Below are positions 61,401 through 64,000 of a DNA stretch of 64,000 bases, in pieces; position 1 is the first letter of the stretch; every line of letters begins with the position of its first letter. This DNA is from Raja brachyura. Taxonomy: Eukaryota. Under the pieces are notes generated by a model. The model did not search any database. It was given only the letters and a program-made list of their open reading frames with translations, and was not told the origin of the DNA. Where the stretch lies: positions 5,766,001 through 5,830,000 of the forward strand of contig OY740804.1 in the NCBI GenBank assembly GCA_963514005.1. The letters run 5' to 3'. Both the position numbers and the translations under genes were made by a program.

Positions 61401-64000
61401 CCTTCCCTATTCTCTGTCTGACAGGCTCACTTACATATTTGCGTCTGGTGTCACTGTGTTTCTCCTGATTCTCATCATTGCCTTCTGTTGGTACCGAAAG
61501 CGTAAATCCAAAGGTGAGTTTCCAATTTCCCTTAATAATTTCACAATACATGCCTCAGTTCCTTGCAGAATGTCAAGAGATTTAATTATGTTCTAATCAA
61601 CAAATGCCCTGCATTAAAGTAATAAAGTGTAAAAGGAAGCATGAATGATCAATAATGCTATCATGTTTGATGCTATCATGGTGACACGGTGACAAAAACT
61701 GTTCTTTTAACATCATTGTACAGAAACTGTCTGAGTGTGAAATGGCAGAGTTGTGTGAGAAATAAGAGGCTGGGTAGAAGTAAGATTTACATATTTACTC
61801 TAATTCTCTCAGCTGTTAGAATATGCTTTGTGAGATTAGCTGTTGTATTTCGACTCGGGTTAAGTCGTGTTTATTGCCACATGCACAAGCACGGTGAAGT
61901 AATTACAATGAAGATCACGCTTGCAGCCTCACAGGGACATAGACAACATACAACATACCTGCCTCACACAGAGGGTGGTGGGTATATGGCAGGAGCTGCC
62001 AGAGCAGGTAGTTGAGGCAGGGCAGGTCTAGCCTGGACAGGTAATCCAAGATGTGAATGCCCATGAACTTGAAGCTGCCAACTATCTCCACCGCCGATGA
62101 AAATGAGAAAGTTCACTTTGCTGTGTCTCAGTCAGAGAGCATTAGTGGAAATTATAACAATAAACATTTCAGATCCAAGACCCATCATTACAACAGGGAA
62201 AGAGGGAAAATAGGGGGGAACCTAATTGAAAGATCAAATAGTGAAAGGCCTGGAGACAGTGGATGCAGAATGGATGCTTCCACTAGTGGGAGAGTCTAGG
62301 ACCAGAGGTCATAACCTCAGAATTAAAGGACATTCCTTTATGATGGAGATGAGGAAGAACTTCTTTAGTCAGAGGGTGATGAATCTGTGGAATGTTTTGC
62401 CACAGAAGGCTGTGGAGGCCGTCAATAGATATTTTTAAGGTATAGATGGATTCTTGATTGGTACAGGTGTCATGGATTATGGAGGGAAGGCAGGAGAAAG
62501 AGGGAGAGATAGATCAGCCATAATTGAATGGCGGAGCAGATTGATGGGCCGAATAACTTAATTCTACTCCTATCACTTATGAACTTATGAAAAGATTTTG
62601 GAGCAGATAAGGTTAGGGTGATGGACACAAGTTGCTGGAGTAACTGAGCGAAACAAGCAGCATCTCTGGAGAGAAGTAATGTGTGATGTTTCAGGTCGAA
62701 ACCCTTTTTCAGACTGATGTCAGGCGAGTGGCAGTACAGAGATAAAGTATAGTCGAAGACAGTAAGGCCGGCCAGAGAACTGTGAAGGGGGAGTGGATGG
62801 AGAGAGGGAAAGCAAGGGCTACTTGAAGTTAGAGAAGTCAATGTTCATACCACTGGGGTGTAAACTTCCCAAGGAAATATGAGGTGGGGGGTGGGGTAGT
62901 GTATAGGGAATATGATCCATTCTGAACATTACGTACATTAATCAGAACACAGGGCAGATTCTTGGTCCGTACGTGCAAATACACTGCAGTACTTTAGGGG
63001 TTCTCCTAAATATAAGGTCGTGGCAATAACAGGTAGATGTTTGTGTGTTGGGAGGACCTGCAGATTGTGGTTTGCACTGAAGATAAACATAAAATGCTCT
63101 AGCAATTAGCGGGTCGGGGCGACATTTTGCCAGCAGCGCAACAGAAAATCATCAAATATAGTAGTTCTCAGCTTAGCTGGATAAAAGAAACAGATTGAGT
63201 ATATGTGTGTATGTGTGCCTATACACACTGAACTTTTTTTTCTCTCCCGTTATGTACTATGTTTACATATTCTGTTGTGCTGCAGCAAGTAAGATTGTCA
63301 TTGTTCTATCTGGGGCATATGACAATAAAACACTCTTGACTCTTGAAAAACAACAGTTGACGTTTCGAGGCGAGACCCTTCTTCAGACTGAGAGTCAGGG
63401 GGAAGGGAAACGATATATAGAAGGTACATAGAACAAATGAATGAAATATATAAATGAATGATGTTTAAACCTGTTCCTGATATGGCTCTATCGACAACAT
63501 ATTTTCCAGAATCCAAGTACAATGCATCACACGGTGAAGACAACAATGAAATCCAGGTAAAAATGTGAAATATAAATTATCTGAGGGTTGAAAAATATAT
63601 AATATTGAATTATCTGTGTTTACACAGGCCATTTAGCAACACCAGTCCACTCCAGTTAAGAGAACCAGCACAGAAACAGGCCCTTTGGCCCACCGAGTCC
63701 ACACCGACCTGTGACCTCCGCACACTAACACTATCCTACACACACTAGGGACAATTTGCAATTATACCAAACCAATTAACCTACAAACCTGTTGTCGGCA
63801 CTGTCAGGCAGCAACTCTACCGCTGTTCCTCCCTGCTACACTATCTTTGTGTTATAAACAGCAGCCATGGCTTGGCTCTGCACTGAACAGTTTGGGACCT
63901 ATTTTGCAATACACATCTGTTGAGGACCTTTCAAATCTATTAGGTGGTAAAATTGGATTTTGTTATATTTTAGGAAATGGCTGTGTTGGAAGGAAACCAC
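40442..64000 (+). CDS. Gene C (3'-partial): six-Ig-domain CD300/pIgR-like (MDIR-type) receptor V-V-V-C2-V-C2, uncharged TM, multi-exon tail, probably inhibitory-type
   Basis: Exons 40442-40478, 42161-42481, 45345-45659, 49546-49860, 51696-52016, 52881-53198, 54387-54707, 56009-56057, 61425-61513, 63510-63556, 63974 to window end. All are open and phase-compatible (720 codons in the window). I found no second leader or TM exon between them. Confidence 0.75.
42161..42481 (+). CDS. Gene C Ig V exon V1
   Basis: ORF 42172-42501: [19 protein letters not shown]. gtaggt donor. Confidence 0.9.
42806..43614 (+). mobile_element. CR1 LINE 3' fragment
   Basis: [16 protein letters not shown] motifs, TCTATG tail. 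Confidence 0.88.
44530..45265 (-). mobile_element. CR1 LINE 3' fragment of a second family, (TTATATGG) tail, with a small Penelope-derived insert
   Basis: ORFs 44989-45216 and 44617-44913 encode the RT C-terminus. The same tail occurs at 41510-41625 (+). Confidence 0.85.
45345..45659 (+). CDS. Gene C Ig V exon V2
   Basis: ORF 45350-45679. ttgcag acceptor, gtatgt donor, 315 nt. Confidence 0.88.
45859..47286 (-). mobile_element. CR1 LINE fragment
   Basis: RT motifs in ORFs 46667-47083, 46234-46449 and 45957-46196. Confidence 0.9.
47690..48420 (+). mobile_element. Penelope-like element remnant (GIY-YIG endonuclease and terminal repeat)
   Basis: [27 protein letters not shown]. Confidence 0.78.
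49546..49860 (+). CDS. Gene C Ig V exon V3
   Basis: ORF 49551-49880. tttcag acceptor, gtacgt donor, 315 nt. Confidence 0.88.
49898..50780 (+). mobile_element. Penelope-like element remnant
   Basis: [24 protein letters not shown]. Paralog of 47690-48420. Confidence 0.78.
51696..52016 (+). CDS. Gene C Ig C2 exon C2a (divergent C2 subtype)
   Basis: ORF 51701-52165: [24 protein letters not shown]. cacag acceptor, gtgagt donor, 321 nt. Confidence 0.88.
52881..53198 (+). CDS. Gene C Ig V exon V4
   Basis: [35 protein letters not shown]. cag acceptor, gtaggt donor, 318 nt. Confidence 0.88.
53230..54270 (+). mobile_element. Old interrupted CR1 3' fragment upstream of C2b
   Basis: Degenerate RT C-terminus and tail. 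Its 3' part recurs at 27825-28100/28756-28850 and its tail at about 8710-8775. Confidence 0.65.
54387..54707 (+). CDS. Gene C Ig C2 exon C2b
   Basis: ORF 54260-54715. Close paralog of the gene A and B C2 exons. gtaagt donor. Confidence 0.9.
56009..56057 (+). CDS. Gene C stalk exon ([16 protein letters not shown])
   Basis: Paralog of 10522-10570. Confidence 0.8.
56310..57575 (-). mobile_element. Penelope-like remnants (minus-strand GIY-YIG/terminal part; + strand RT piece at 57470-57575)
   Basis: Similar to the copies above. [21 protein letters not shown] motif. Confidence 0.65.
57040..57281 (+). mobile_element. Short CR1 3' fragment nested in a Penelope remnant
   Basis: [16 protein letters not shown] motif and tail. 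Confidence 0.8.
57750..58153 (+). mobile_element. CR1 3' fragment
   Basis: [10 protein letters not shown] motif and CR1-type 3'UTR. Confidence 0.7.
58295..60216 (+). mobile_element. CR1 LINE (ORF2 middle and 3' part) inserted at the acceptor of the pseudo-exon
   Basis: [13 protein letters not shown] and [10 protein letters not shown] motifs, TTCTATG tail. ATAG on both sides (possible TSD). Empty site in gene A at about 11295. Confidence 0.9.
60217..60276 (+). pseudogene. Donor-dead 60-nt S/T/P-rich stalk pseudo-exon in gene C
   Basis: tag acceptor, [19 protein letters not shown], ends AG|atgagt (one base from gtgagt). Phase 2-2. Confidence 0.55.
61425..61513 (+). CDS. Gene C transmembrane exon ([30 protein letters not shown])
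   Basis: Pyrimidine tract plus acag. The phase-2 start matches the stalk exon. About 22 uncharged residues, then a basic stop-transfer sequence and G|gtgagt. Confidence 0.85.
62240..62590 (+). mobile_element. CR1 3' fragment
   Basis: [25 protein letters not shown]. Confidence 0.75.
63510..63556 (+). CDS. Gene C cytoplasmic exon 1 ([16 protein letters not shown])
   Basis: ttttccag acceptor, open in phase 1, CAG|gtaaaa donor. Confidence 0.6.
63974..64000 (+). CDS. Gene C cytoplasmic exon 2, truncated by window end (EMAVLEGNH...)
   Basis: T-rich tract ending in ttttag, open in phase 0. Confidence 0.5.

Noticed and set aside
63628-63636. Alternative last exon GCC ATT TAG after tacacag
   Set aside because: It would need a 71-nt intron and gives a 2-aa end next to a SINE. 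The acceptor at 63973 is a better candidate. Not fully excluded.
40442-64000. Gene C as the true pIgR ortholog
   Set aside because: It contains C2 domains, and its CDR1-equivalent ([15 protein letters not shown]) is shorter than that of pIgR domain 1. Orthology cannot be supported without phylogeny and synteny, so no gene symbol is given.

Overview
Eukaryotic, intron-containing DNA. The repeat types (HE1-like tRNA-derived SINEs, HER1/CR1 LINEs, Penelope remnants) and the gene type point to a cartilaginous fish, probably a skate or ray; this is inference. The window holds three tandem + strand immunoglobulin-superfamily receptor genes with CD300/pIgR-type V domains and C2 domains, the MDIR-type architecture known from skate. 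Gene A (5559-12763) and gene B (24358-36229) are leader-V-C2-stalk-TM-short tail, 288 aa each, with Lys/Arg at the start of the TM (activating-type). Gene C (40442 to beyond 64000) is leader-V-V-V-C2-V-C2-stalk-uncharged TM with a multi-exon tail (probably inhibitory-type). I built all exon models by hand from AG/GT sites and the phases close correctly. The introns record the cluster's history: tandem intron+V-exon duplication, a chimeric gene B, a LINE-tail-marked deletion of Ig domains, and a shared dead stalk exon that could yield soluble isoforms. Between A and B lies a degenerate DIRS retrotransposon with a recognisable ICR and termini, carrying a nested L1 and a U2 snRNA 5' fragment. Many CR1, Penelope (with hammerhead-like cores), Rex-type, Tx1 and SINE fragments fill the rest.
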